NCBI GenBank assembly: GCA_039208735.1
Contig: JBCCQY010000025.1
Coordinates: 4,784 to 68,783 of the forward strand
Length of the DNA stretch: 64,000 bases
From: Myxococcota bacterium
GTDB lineage: Bacteria; Myxococcota_A; UBA796; GCA-2862545
Direction of reading: 5' to 3'
Positions 8,114-17,084 of the stretch are shown here, piece after piece (the first letter of the stretch is position 1; every line of letters starts with the position of its first letter). Both the position numbers and the translations under genes were made by a program. The notes under the pieces were generated by a model. It searched no databases, was not told the DNA's origin, and worked only from the letters and a program-made list of their open reading frames with translations.

Positions 8114-8923
8114 CTACCCCTTGGTCATGGGGCGGCCCGTGCCTCCTCGGAGCTGCATGACGATCTCCGAGAGAATGGACATGGCGATCTCCTTGGGCGT
8201 TTCGGCCTCGAGTTCGAGTCCTACGGGCGAGGTGACGGTAGCGATGGCCGCGTCCGATATTCCCGCCTCCCGGAGGCGCCCCGCGGTTACTCGCCAACGT
8301 CGACGCGAGCCGATGAGGCCGAGGTACCGTGGTTTGGTCGTCAAAAGAGTGGGCAAACCACCCAGATCCACATGCACGCTGCGAGTGGTCAACACCACAA
8401 ATGTGGCGTTGTCGATGCGGATTCTTTCGGGCACCTCGGACATGTCGCACACCACGTAGGCATCGGCCCCAGGCGCCGCATCGGGCGTGCACAACTCCGG
8501 CCGGTCGTCGGTCAAGGTGACGTCGAACTCGAGCCAATGGGCGAGGGCGACCACCTCGCGTCCCACATGGCCCGCGCCGATCACCACCACTCGCGGCGCG
8601 GGCCGGATGGCCTCCACCATCACCTCAACCTCTCCTCCGCACACGCCGACGTCGCCCCGTTTGGGGTCGGAAAAGGCGTACTGAAGCGTCTTCGTGGTCT
8701 CGTGGCCGTTGAGCAGCGCGATGGCCTCGGCGATCACCTGCGCTTCCATCTCGCCGCCGCCCACCGAGCCCGCCGTGGTCCCGTCTGGGTGGACGAGCAT
8801 GCGGGCGGGGGGGCGGCGAGGGACCGATCCCCGGGTTCGAACCACGGTGGCCACCGCCACCGGGCGCCCCGCGGCGACAAGGTCCGCTACCTGCTGCCAT
8901 ACGTCCCGTGCGTTCGTTCGCAT
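8114..8923 (-). CDS. XdhC/CoxI-family accessory protein (third paralogue)
   Basis: Track ORF 8114..9724 is 536 aa, but only the C-terminal 269 aa (from MRTNARDVWQQVADLVAAGRPVAVATVVRTRGSVPR...GSVGGGEME...RVVVIGAGHVGREV) is XdhC-like. The upstream part is antisense to moeA. ATG at 8923-8921 confirmed in sequence. Confidence 0.85.
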   Translation of the reverse strand: MRTNARDVWQQVADLVAAGRPVAVATVVRTRGSVPRRPPARMLVHPDGTTAGSVGGGEMEAQVIAEAIALLNGHETTKTLQYAFSDPKRGDVGVCGGEVEVMVEAIRPAPRVVVIGAGHVGREVVALAHWLEFDVTLTDDRPELCTPDAAPGADAYVVCDMSEVPERIRIDNATFVVLTTRSVHVDLGGLPTLLTTKPRYLGLIGSRRRWRVTAGRLREAGISDAAIATVTSPVGLELEAETPKEIAMSILSEIVMQLRGGTGRPMTKG

Positions 8924-8962
8924 GACCCCGTACAATACCCTGCTTGAACACCCTGGTGACCC

Positions 8963-10150
8963 ATGATTTCCGCCGATGAGGCCCGTCGTCTGGCGACCGA
9001 AGGCCTCGTTCCTCTCGATGCCGAGACCGTCCCCCTTCATGAGGCCCTGCATCGCGCTGCGGCTCGCGACATCGCGGCGACTCGCCCGTTGCCTGGCTTC
9101 CACAACAGCGCGATGGATGGCTACGCGGTGCGCCATGCCGACCTCGCGGGGGATGCGCCCCGATTGCCCATCGGAATGAAGATCTCCGCGGGGGATGCCG
9201 CGGATCGACAGCTCCCGCCCGGCACGGTGGCACGGATCTTCACGGGAGCGCCCTTGCCCCAGGGCGCCGACACCGTGATCATGCAGGAGGATGCGGAGAC
9301 GGACGGCCATGAGGTGGTGTTCCGCAACGTGCCGCCACTCGCGAGCCACGTGAGGTACGCCGGCGAGGACATCGCGGTGGGGGAACCCGTGGTGGCCCGA
9401 GGGCAGACGCTGCATGCCGGTCGCATCGCAATGTTGGCCGCTCAAGGCCACCCCGAGGTGTCGGTCTACCGCAGGCCTCGGGTCGCCATCGTGCCAAACG
9501 GTGACGAGCTGGTGCCCATCGGAGACGCGGTCGGATTTGGCCAGGTCCCCAACACGAACAGCCCCATGCTTGCGGCACAGGTGAGGAACGCGGGAGGAGA
9601 GCCTTGGCCGTTCGCCCCGGTGCGCGATGATCTGGCGGCGATCACGGAGGCCATGCGAGAGGCCGCGGCGGGCGCCGATCTGGTGTTGACCACCGGCGGC
9701 ATGTCCGTGGGCGACTTCGACCACGCTCGTGATGCGTTGCGGGCCGATGGTGAGCTGTCGTTCTACAAGGTCGCGGTGAAACCCGGAAAACCCTTGGGGC
9801 TAGGTCGCCTGGAAGGTACGCCAATCCTGGGCCTGCCTGGCAATCCCGTCTCCACGTTCGTAGGGTTCGAACTCTTTGGTCGGCCGATGGTGCGCACGAT
9901 CGGCGGGTTCACGGTGACGGATCGTCCTGCATTCCAGGCCGTGCTCCAGCGCTCCGTGCCCCAGAACCGGACGCGTCCCGAATACGTACGTTGCGACATT
10001 CTGCCCGATGGAACCCTGCAACCTTGGCCTAAGCAGGGCAGCAGCATCATCAGCTCATTGCTCCATTCAGACGCACTCGCAAAGATCCCGATGGGCGAAG
10101 GAACGATCGAGGCGGGAACGCTGGTCGAGGCGATCGATCTCCGACGTTGA
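8963..10150 (+). CDS. moeA: Molybdopterin molybdotransferase
   Basis: PLPGFHNSAMDGYAV, TGGMSVGDFD, KPGKPLGLG, LPGNPVS motifs of MoeA/gephyrin E domain. Confidence 0.93.
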   Translation: MISADEARRLATEGLVPLDAETVPLHEALHRAAARDIAATRPLPGFHNSAMDGYAVRHADLAGDAPRLPIGMKISAGDAADRQLPPGTVARIFTGAPLPQGADTVIMQEDAETDGHEVVFRNVPPLASHVRYAGEDIAVGEPVVARGQTLHAGRIAMLAAQGHPEVSVYRRPRVAIVPNGDELVPIGDAVGFGQVPNTNSPMLAAQVRNAGGEPWPFAPVRDDLAAITEAMREAAAGADLVLTTGGMSVGDFDHARDALRADGELSFYKVAVKPGKPLGLGRLEGTPILGLPGNPVSTFVGFELFGRPMVRTIGGFTVTDRPAFQAVLQRSVPQNRTRPEYVRCDILPDGTLQPWPKQGSSIISSLLHSDALAKIPMGEGTIEAGTLVEAIDLRR

Positions 10151-10157
10151 GGGCGCG

Positions 10158-10808
10158 GTGATTGCGGGGGGCGCGTCCCGTCGCATGGGCTTCGACAAGG
10201 CCCGTGCGAGCGTCGACGGCTGGCCCATGGCGCCAAGCGTGGCCGAGGCGCTGCGAGCGGTGTGCCGTCGGGTATCGTTGGTACGTCGGGGTCCGCCCGA
10301 TGGTTATCCGTGGCGCTGGCGCGATGGCACCGCGATCGAGGTGGTTCGTGAGGCGGATCAGGGGTCGCGTCATCCCCTCGTCGGGGTGGCGACGGCGCTG
10401 GCGCACGCCTCCTCACCCTGGGTGCTGGTGGCCCCTTGCGATGGCTTGGGACTCGAGGAGGTCGGCCTTCGCGCCTTGGTGGAGGCAGCTCCGTCGGTGG
10501 CCAGCGAAGGGGATCGGCTCCATCCCTTGATCGGGGTGTTTCCTGCTTCTCACGCCCCACGGGCCGCGGCGCTGGCCCAGGCAGGACAGGCCGCGCGTGC
10601 GTTTGTCGAGCCCTTCAACCGGGTTGCCCTGTCCGCGGTACGCAACGTGAATCGACCCGAAGATGGCATCGATGACGTGCATGCGTTGCTCGAGGCGTGG
10701 GGGCCACTGGCGCCCGATGCCCAACGGCGTGCGCTTCGGGCCGAGGCGTACCGGCGGCTCGAGGCCCGTGGCGCCTGGATACCTTGGGCGCCGGGGGAGG
10801 CTCCATGA
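10158..10808 (+). CDS. Molybdenum cofactor nucleotidyltransferase (MobA/MocA family; GTP versus CTP specificity undetermined)
   Basis: VIAGGASRRMGFDK N-terminal signature and APCDG motif. Start set to GTG 10158, just after the moeA stop (10150); start uncertain. Confidence 0.75.
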   Translation: MIAGGASRRMGFDKARASVDGWPMAPSVAEALRAVCRRVSLVRRGPPDGYPWRWRDGTAIEVVREADQGSRHPLVGVATALAHASSPWVLVAPCDGLGLEEVGLRALVEAAPSVASEGDRLHPLIGVFPASHAPRAAALAQAGQAARAFVEPFNRVALSAVRNVNRPEDGIDDVHALLEAWGPLAPDAQRRALRAEAYRRLEARGAWIPWAPGEAP

Positions 10809-11818
10809 GTGTCGAGGAACAGCACGCCTTGGGCGGATCGGGCATTCAGGCCTTGGTCATCGTGGTCGCTTCGAGTCGCACTTGTGAGGATGATTCAACT
10901 GGCTCGTTCATCGTCGAGACCCTCGGCAAGGCCGGCCATTCGCTGGTCCAACGTCGCGTTGTGGCTAACGATCGGGGGGCCATCGCCGCGGCCGTGCAAG
11001 ATGCAGTGCGCGAGGGAAACCGGCTGGTCATCACAACGGGGGGCACAGGCATCTCTGGTCGAGACGTCACACCCGAAGCCCTTGAACCACTGTTCCGCAA
11101 ATCCCTCCCCGGATTTGGCGAGATCTTCCGGAGGCGATCCTGGGCCGAAGTGGGATCGACGACGTTGGGTTCGCGAGCCACGGCGGGCATCGTAGGCAGC
11201 AGCCTGGTCTTTGCGCTGCCAGAGTCGGCCCCGGCGTGCGCTCTGGCGCTGAACGAGCTGATCCTTCCTGGAGCCACCAAACTGCTCGAGCAGATCGACA
11301 ACGAGCCGCTTGCGGAAACGCCTCCGCCCGCGGCGGCAGGCTGGGAGCGAACCGTCGTGGATGGCACGGTGGAGCGTGGCATCCGGTTGCCCGTACCGTC
11401 GGCCTTGCAGGGGTTTGGCCCTGCTGAACAGGTGCTTGCGCAGTCGGGTGAGGGCGGACGCCTCACCATTGCAGGTCAGGCCTATACGTTGTGGGGCTTT
11501 CCCGATTTGGGGCCCCAGAGCAAGGTGCTCGCGATCGGGACGGGTCAGGCCGTTGAAATCGTAGCCTTGCACCGTCACCATCCGACGGGCATTGGTTCGA
11601 GTTCGTGGTGGACGCCGCCCGGTGATTTGGACGCACGTGTCGACGCGGTAGTGGGGCAGCCCCTTCCCGTTCCCGGCATGTGGTTTGGTTGCACGAGTGA
11701 GGCGGTCTACGTCGAGTCCGATGGGCGAATCCTTCGCTTCGACGGGCGGCGGACCACCGAGATGGGTACCCCCAAGCAGGCGCTCGCCACGCTGATGCTG
11801 GAGCTTTCTCGACGATGA
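10805..11818 (+). CDS. MoaB/MogA-like molybdopterin-binding domain fused to a ~170-aa C-terminal domain of unknown function
   Basis: Residues 1-164 carry the MoCF_biosynth pattern (VITTGGTGISGRDVTPEAL...GSSLVFALPESAPAC). Residues 165-337 have no motif I recognise. ATGA overlaps at both ends (with the mobA-like gene and prs). Confidence 0.75.
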   Translation: MSVEEQHALGGSGIQALVIVVASSRTCEDDSTGSFIVETLGKAGHSLVQRRVVANDRGAIAAAVQDAVREGNRLVITTGGTGISGRDVTPEALEPLFRKSLPGFGEIFRRRSWAEVGSTTLGSRATAGIVGSSLVFALPESAPACALALNELILPGATKLLEQIDNEPLAETPPPAAAGWERTVVDGTVERGIRLPVPSALQGFGPAEQVLAQSGEGGRLTIAGQAYTLWGFPDLGPQSKVLAIGTGQAVEIVALHRHHPTGIGSSSWWTPPGDLDARVDAVVGQPLPVPGMWFGCTSEAVYVESDGRILRFDGRRTTEMGTPKQALATLMLELSRR

Positions 11819-12825
11819 TGGATCCCGATTGCCGCGCGCCCCTGCAGTTGCTGACGTGTGAAGGCGCACGAACTCTTGCCAACGCGGTTTCCGACCGTCT
11901 GTCGGTTCCCTTGACCCCTGCAAAGGAGATCTGGTTCTCCTGTGGCGAAGCCAAGGTGGTCATCGGAGCCAATGTGCGAGGGTGCGACTGCTACGTCTTC
12001 CAGCAGCCCGTCCAGCCGGAATCGCCTCGTTCGATCTACGATCACACGATGGCCTTGCTCCATGCGGTGGATGCTGCACGCTGCGCCGATGCGGACCGCA
12101 TCACGGTCGTGGTGCCGTACCTGCCGGGCACGCGGCAAGACAAGCGGAAAGGGCGCGTGCGTGAAGGCGTGACAACGGGCCTCCTCGCCCGGGTACTGTC
12201 GTCGGCCGGGGTCGACATGGTGATCACCGTCGAGCCACACAACGAAGCCATCTACGGCTGCTACGACCCGTCTCGATGTGTGCTTGAGTCGGTGGGGGTC
12301 ACGCGGCCCTTCTCCCGCTTCTTGAAAGACCAAGGGCTCGTCGGGGATGTCGTGGCTTCGACAGACGTAGGCGGTCTCGAGATGGCGCGGAGCTACGCCG
12401 AAGAACTCGGCAAGCCCATCGCGGCCCTGTCGAAGGAACGGGACTACAGCCGCATCAACACCGTGGTGTCGACGTCCGTCATCGGCGATGTTCGTGGGCG
12501 GTCCGTCCTTATCGTTGATGATATCGTCGATACTGCGGGATCCGTGGTTTCAGCCGTTCATTCCCTTTGGGAGGAAGGAGCGACCAGCGTGATCATCGCT
12601 GCGGTGCACATGCTGCTTTCGGGACCCGCCTGGGAACGACTGCATGGGCTTGCGGACGCCGCGCGGGCCCGTGGGGTTGAGTTTCGGGTGGTGGGGACCA
12701 GTTCGGTGCCCCATTGCGACCCGCCGAGCTGGTACGCGACGTTTGGCCTCGAACCCCTGATTGCTCAGGTGATCCGCTCCGTGAACAACCGAGGGTCGGT
12801 CCGGGCCATCGAGCAAATCGACTGA
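11815..12825 (+). CDS. prs: Ribose-phosphate pyrophosphokinase family protein (divergent)
   Basis: VVVPYLPGTRQDKR, DMVITVEPHN, VLIVDDIVDTAGS (PRPP-binding loop). Confidence 0.8.
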   Translation: MMDPDCRAPLQLLTCEGARTLANAVSDRLSVPLTPAKEIWFSCGEAKVVIGANVRGCDCYVFQQPVQPESPRSIYDHTMALLHAVDAARCADADRITVVVPYLPGTRQDKRKGRVREGVTTGLLARVLSSAGVDMVITVEPHNEAIYGCYDPSRCVLESVGVTRPFSRFLKDQGLVGDVVASTDVGGLEMARSYAEELGKPIAALSKERDYSRINTVVSTSVIGDVRGRSVLIVDDIVDTAGSVVSAVHSLWEEGATSVIIAAVHMLLSGPAWERLHGLADAARARGVEFRVVGTSSVPHCDPPSWYATFGLEPLIAQVIRSVNNRGSVRAIEQID

Positions 12826-12831
12826 GGCGGC

Positions 12832-13779
12832 ATGGACTGGGGCACCACCACGAAGACCTGGGTCCGCGAAGGGCTCATCACGGCGGACCAGGCGCCGGCT
12901 CTGAAGCGCTGGCTCGATCGCCATGGGCCGCGACAACCGCGTTGGGATGGCGCGCTCACGGTCTTGGCGATGGCTGGTGCGTGGTTGTTGACCGGCACTG
13001 GAGCAGCGCTGGTCCTCGAACTCGGAGGAACCGGCGATGAAGCACGGTTGGCGGGCTTTATCTCTGCCTTGCTGTGGATCATCGTGGGGTTCGGACTGGG
13101 GCGCGTGGCCAGTGAGGCCGCCGGGCAAGGGTTGGTGGGCGCGGGAGTGGTGGCGGCAACGTTGGCCCTCGTGCCCGTCAAGGAGATTCGCAACCTGGAC
13201 CTGATGGGTCTTCTTCTGGTGTTGACGCCTGCCTTCCTGGGGACCGTTCTGGCAGGGCTCCAACGGCAAGGAGGATTGGCCGCCGCGAGTTCATTGGCCT
13301 TCGCCCTTGTGATGGTGCCTCTACTCATCGACGGAGGGGTGGGAGAATGGGCGTTCGGCGGAACGCTTGCCTACGCCGCCTTGGTCAATCTGCTCGTCTA
13401 CGAAGCCCGTCAGCGCGGCGTGGAGAGAACCTTTGCGCAGGCGATGCAATCGCAAATCGGCTTTTTGACCTTGGTCATGGTGTTCGCTTCCTTCGAGATT
13501 TGGGGATTCGGAAGACCAAGGAAGTGGACGGCAGGCTCTGCCTTGCTCGGAGCGGGGGCGATGTTGCTGGGCGCGGGCGCCCTGGGTCAGTCGCGCATGA
13601 CGCTTGTGAGCGGGCTCGTCGTGCTGGTGATCGCAGAAATCCGCATTCTGGAGGCGATCGGAGACGTTCGGCTCGCGATCGCGATCCTCGGACTTGAGGG
13701 GCTTGCCCTCATTGTGGCTGTTGTGGGTGTTTTGGTGTCTCGCGCGGGCAAGGCTCGGCGTGATCAGGCCAAGGGCTGA
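12832..13779 (+). CDS. Multi-pass membrane protein (DUF2157-like)
   Basis: Soluble N-terminus (MDWGTTTKTWVREGLITADQAPALKRWL) followed by about 8 hydrophobic segments. Function unknown. Confidence 0.6.
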   Translation: MDWGTTTKTWVREGLITADQAPALKRWLDRHGPRQPRWDGALTVLAMAGAWLLTGTGAALVLELGGTGDEARLAGFISALLWIIVGFGLGRVASEAAGQGLVGAGVVAATLALVPVKEIRNLDLMGLLLVLTPAFLGTVLAGLQRQGGLAAASSLAFALVMVPLLIDGGVGEWAFGGTLAYAALVNLLVYEARQRGVERTFAQAMQSQIGFLTLVMVFASFEIWGFGRPRKWTAGSALLGAGAMLLGAGALGQSRMTLVSGLVVLVIAEIRILEAIGDVRLAIAILGLEGLALIVAVVGVLVSRAGKARRDQAKG

Positions 13780-14918
13780 CGCTTGCGCAAGGGGTAGCGC
13801 AACCAGCGACAGTCGATTCCGCCGTTTTGCACCGGGTAGCGCTGGTTGGCTTTGAGTCGAAGGTTTCCCGTGAGTTCGGGGTCGCCCGACAGCACCCAGC
13901 CTTCGCCCTGGCCGACGTCCTTGAGCCAGTTTCCGAGCTGTCGCCACGTCATCGGCAGGTCGCCTTCCGCACCAATCCGCACGCCATAGGGCGGGTTGAC
14001 CACGACCACAGACGGCGTCGGGTCGGGCTGAAAGGCGGTCAGAGGGCGATTTTCGAATTGGATGTAGCGGTCGACGCCGGCCCGCTTCGCACTTTCCCGG
14101 GCGATGGTCAGGGCTCCCGCATGCAAATCGTTGCCGAGCAACGGAGGGACGGCATCTCGGCCGGCGGTCCAACGACGCAGGGCCTCCGCGCGTAGCGTTT
14201 CGAGGAGTGCGGTGTCGACGTCGGGCCAGCGCTCAAAGCCAAAGGTGCGTTCGAGCCCGGGGGCACGATCAGAAGCGAGATGAGCGGCTTCGACGAGGAA
14301 CGTCCCCGAGCCACACATGGGGTCGCAGAGTGGCGATTGGCGGTCCCACCCCGTGCGGAGCAGCAGTCCAGCGGCCAGGGCTTCATTGAGGGGCGACTTG
14401 ACCTGGATGGGCCGCCAGCCGCGTCGATGAAGGCTCGTGCCCGCGAGGTCTCGGGCGATGGTCGCCACGCGGCCCTTGACTACGAGCTTGAGGGCCACGT
14501 CGGGGTCATCTCGGTCGACGTCGGGTCGGGTGCCCGTGGTCTCGCGAAGCTGGTCGGCTACCGCATCCTTGACCCGAAGGGCGGCGAAGGACGCATTTCG
14601 CACCATCCGCGAAGACGAATCGCCGAAGACGGCAAACGTCTGGTCACTTCCCATCACGGCCTGCCAATCCACCGTCCCCGCGAGCCGGTAGATGTCGTCG
14701 GCGTTCTGGATGCGGCGGCGGGCCAGTTCTTCGAACACTCGGATGCCTACCCGCGACCAGAGGCACAGCCGGTAGCCGACCTCCAGCGTGCCCTGGAAGG
14801 AGACGCCCCCTCGGTCTTCGCGAACGCGTGTCCCGCCGGCTTCATTCACCTCGGCGGCAAGCAGGTCCTCGAATCCGAGCGAGCACGAAGCGTAGTACCA
14901 GCGCATCTTGTCGCTCAT
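13764..14918 (-). CDS. THUMP-domain class I SAM-dependent RNA methyltransferase (RlmL/UPF0020-like)
   Basis: N-terminal THUMP-like region, DPMCGSGTFLVEAA (SAM motif I) and VVNPPYGVRIG (N-methyl transfer motif IV). Confidence 0.8.
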   Translation of the reverse strand: MSDKMRWYYASCSLGFEDLLAAEVNEAGGTRVREDRGGVSFQGTLEVGYRLCLWSRVGIRVFEELARRRIQNADDIYRLAGTVDWQAVMGSDQTFAVFGDSSSRMVRNASFAALRVKDAVADQLRETTGTRPDVDRDDPDVALKLVVKGRVATIARDLAGTSLHRRGWRPIQVKSPLNEALAAGLLLRTGWDRQSPLCDPMCGSGTFLVEAAHLASDRAPGLERTFGFERWPDVDTALLETLRAEALRRWTAGRDAVPPLLGNDLHAGALTIARESAKRAGVDRYIQFENRPLTAFQPDPTPSVVVVNPPYGVRIGAEGDLPMTWRQLGNWLKDVGQGEGWVLSGDPELTGNLRLKANQRYPVQNGGIDCRWLRYPLRKRQPLA

Positions 14919-14984
14919 CGCGCGATTGCCTCGTGGACCACTTTTTGGGCCCTTCAGGTTGCCACGACCGGGTTACGACGCGGC

Positions 14985-15266
14985 ATGCCTGCCGCTACGC
15001 CAACCCCCGATCAGAACCGTGAACTCGTCCTCTATCAAGCGGACTACTGCCCCTTCTGTCGCCGGGTGACCCAGGCGCTGTCGGCCTTCGGGGAGCAGGT
15101 CCAAGTCGAGATCCGCGACACGATGCAACCCGAGTTTCGGCAAGAACTTCGGGAGCGAACCGGTCGCACCCAGGTGCCGTGCCTCATGATCGATGGCGTG
15201 CCATTGTTCGAGTCGCTCGACATCATCGCGTGGCTCGATTCGTATGTGGAACGAAAGGGGGCCTGA
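14985..15266 (+). CDS. Glutaredoxin-family protein
   Basis: LVLYQADYCPFCRRV (CPFC active site) ... TQVPCLMIDG. Only the last 93 codons of track ORF 14280..15266 are credible; the rest is antisense to the methyltransferase. Confidence 0.8.
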   Translation: MPAATPTPDQNRELVLYQADYCPFCRRVTQALSAFGEQVQVEIRDTMQPEFRQELRERTGRTQVPCLMIDGVPLFESLDIIAWLDSYVERKGA

Positions 15267-15514
15267 TGCCGAGCTTGGCAGACCGATGGAAGGCGTTGCG
15301 CAAGGCGATGGCCGAGCGGGCGGCCAAGCGAACGTGGACGAAAACGGTCGAGCGCGCCCGGAGCGCCCTGGCTGCGGCCACCAAACCACTTCAGACCTTC
15401 GCCGATGCGGAACGCCAACGTTTTGAGGCCGCGCGTCGACGCTGGCATGCCCGAGAAACGCAGGGCGAGGCTACGGCAGCGCCCGCTGCAGACGAATCCG
15501 ACGATCCGCGCTGA
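15266..15514 (+). CDS. Small basic Ala/Arg/Lys-rich hypothetical protein (82 aa)
   Basis: ATG overlaps the glutaredoxin stop (TGATG). No recognisable motif. 3' end overlaps the convergent gene by 44 nt. Confidence 0.35.
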   Translation: MPSLADRWKALRKAMAERAAKRTWTKTVERARSALAAATKPLQTFADAERQRFEAARRRWHARETQGEATAAPAADESDDPR

Positions 15515-17084
15515 TCGAACGCGCGAGCGCATCGGTGGTGCCGTCCGGCCATTGCACCGTGAGCGATTGCACCTCGGTGGCTTCGCCTAAGCCAAAGTGG
15601 GCCTCGGCCGGGCCAGCACTGCCGAGGCTTGTGCCTCCCGCCCGGATGGTACGTCGGAGTTCGGTTCCGTCAGGATGGAGAACGGTAATCACGGCGCCGA
15701 TCGCTTCGTAGGAAGGCGCGAGTTCGACCACGAGGGTGTGGTTTGGACCGCACCGGGCCCAATCGACCCGAATGGGGCCTTCAAGGTCGCGCCGCACGAC
15801 ATCGAGCCAGCCATCTCGGTTGAGATCGACGGCCAGGATGCCTCGAGACGCGCCGCGATGCCCGAGGCCCCAGTCGATCAGGGCGAAGGTGCCATCGGCC
15901 TGCCCTTGGTAGGTTTGGTCGGGTTGTTCGAGGGCGTTGAGGGCGGAGGTGCCCCGCGGCGAGAAGGGCCCCACCGTGTCGAGGTGACCAAAGGCCACCA
16001 AGAGGTCGGCGATGCCATCGGCGTCGAGGTCTGCAAAGTCGGCGCCCCATCCCACCCAGGCGGGATCTGCGCCACCCGCAAGCAGGCCTGCCGCCGCCTG
16101 AGCTTCGATCCAGCGCGGCGCCGCCCCATCGACGGAGCGCGCGTAGACGAGCCGGTTCCACACCGGCATCACAAAGTCGTCCCAGCCATCGCCATTGACG
16201 TCGTGGGCCGCGACGCCCATTCCGGCCGCGGCGATGTGCAACCCCGAGTCGGGCGACAAGTCGAACGTGCCATCGGGTTGCTGACGCAGTGCGAGATTGG
16301 GCCGGTAGATCGGAAAGTCGTTGGCCAACAGCAGATCGAGCTGCCCGTCGTTGTCGAGGTGGGTCGGGGTGGCAACGAAGGTGTAGGCGGCGTGAGCGCC
16401 CTCGGGAAGGTCGGCCGTGTGGTCTTCGAATGGGCCAAGCTGGCCCGGGTTGGCGGGGCCTTGTAGCAAGATGCGAGTCGGATCGGCCGGGCCCTCGATG
16501 GCGGTGCGCCCATCGTCACCGGCCCGTACGGCGAGGTGACCGGCGACAATTATGTCGAGGCGCCCATCGCGGTTGAGGTCGGCGAACGCGGCCCCTTGCC
16601 CATGGTGGGGCACTGCGACCAACGGATCGGTTGTGGCGATGAACTGGGCTTGGCCCTGGTTGATCAACAGGGCGTCGGGCGGGCCGAACCGCGTAATCCA
16701 GACGTCCAAGTCACCGTCGCGATCGACATCGGCGAGTGCCGTGGCCGAGGCCTCTCCTCCGAGGGCGGCGAGCTCGTCCGGCAACTCGAGGGCCGCAAAG
16801 GTGGGTTCAGACAGCGGACCGCTCTGCAGGTAAACCGAGAGTCGTTCGGGGCCTGGCACCACCAGATCCAACCGATCATCGCCGTCGACATCGCCCACTC
16901 CGATGCCGGCGCCCGCAAACCGGTGCGAAGCCGCTGCATCGCCCTCGAGAAAGGTGGTGTCGAAGCCAAGCTCGGTGGGAGCAAGGCATTCGAAGGTGCT
17001 GATCTCTTCGACGTTGAGGGGTTCGACCGTGGACCCACACGCCCAAAGTCCCCACAATCCCATCCATCGCCAGTCACGCTGCAT
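15471..17084 (-). CDS. FG-GAP/VCBS-repeat lipoprotein with C-terminal ASPIC/UnbV domain (CRTAC1 family)
   Basis: Lipobox LWAC. Repeated DxDxDGxxD FG-GAP motifs (DVDGDDRLDLV, DVDRDGDLDV, DLNRDGRLDI, DLDADGIADL). UnbV-like C-terminus (GGTSLGSAGPAEAHFGLG...VQWPDG). Confidence 0.85.
   Translation of the reverse strand: MQRDWRWMGLWGLWACGSTVEPLNVEEISTFECLAPTELGFDTTFLEGDAAASHRFAGAGIGVGDVDGDDRLDLVVPGPERLSVYLQSGPLSEPTFAALELPDELAALGGEASATALADVDRDGDLDVWITRFGPPDALLINQGQAQFIATTDPLVAVPHHGQGAAFADLNRDGRLDIIVAGHLAVRAGDDGRTAIEGPADPTRILLQGPANPGQLGPFEDHTADLPEGAHAAYTFVATPTHLDNDGQLDLLLANDFPIYRPNLALRQQPDGTFDLSPDSGLHIAAAGMGVAAHDVNGDGWDDFVMPVWNRLVYARSVDGAAPRWIEAQAAAGLLAGGADPAWVGWGADFADLDADGIADLLVAFGHLDTVGPFSPRGTSALNALEQPDQTYQGQADGTFALIDWGLGHRGASRGILAVDLNRDGWLDVVRRDLEGPIRVDWARCGPNHTLVVELAPSYEAIGAVITVLHPDGTELRRTIRAGGTSLGSAGPAEAHFGLGEATEVQSLTVQWPDGTTDALARSISADRRIRLQRALP

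Noticed and set aside
8924-9724. N-terminal 267 codons of the 536-aa track ORF 8114..9724. Analogous 5' extensions occur in track ORFs 14280..15266, 28658..31297, 37325..38494, 23085..24332 and 46642..49272
   Set aside because: The extensions run antisense or out of frame through neighbouring well-supported genes (moeA, the THUMP methyltransferase, metX, the kinase, etc.). Homology-like sequence begins only at the internal starts I used.
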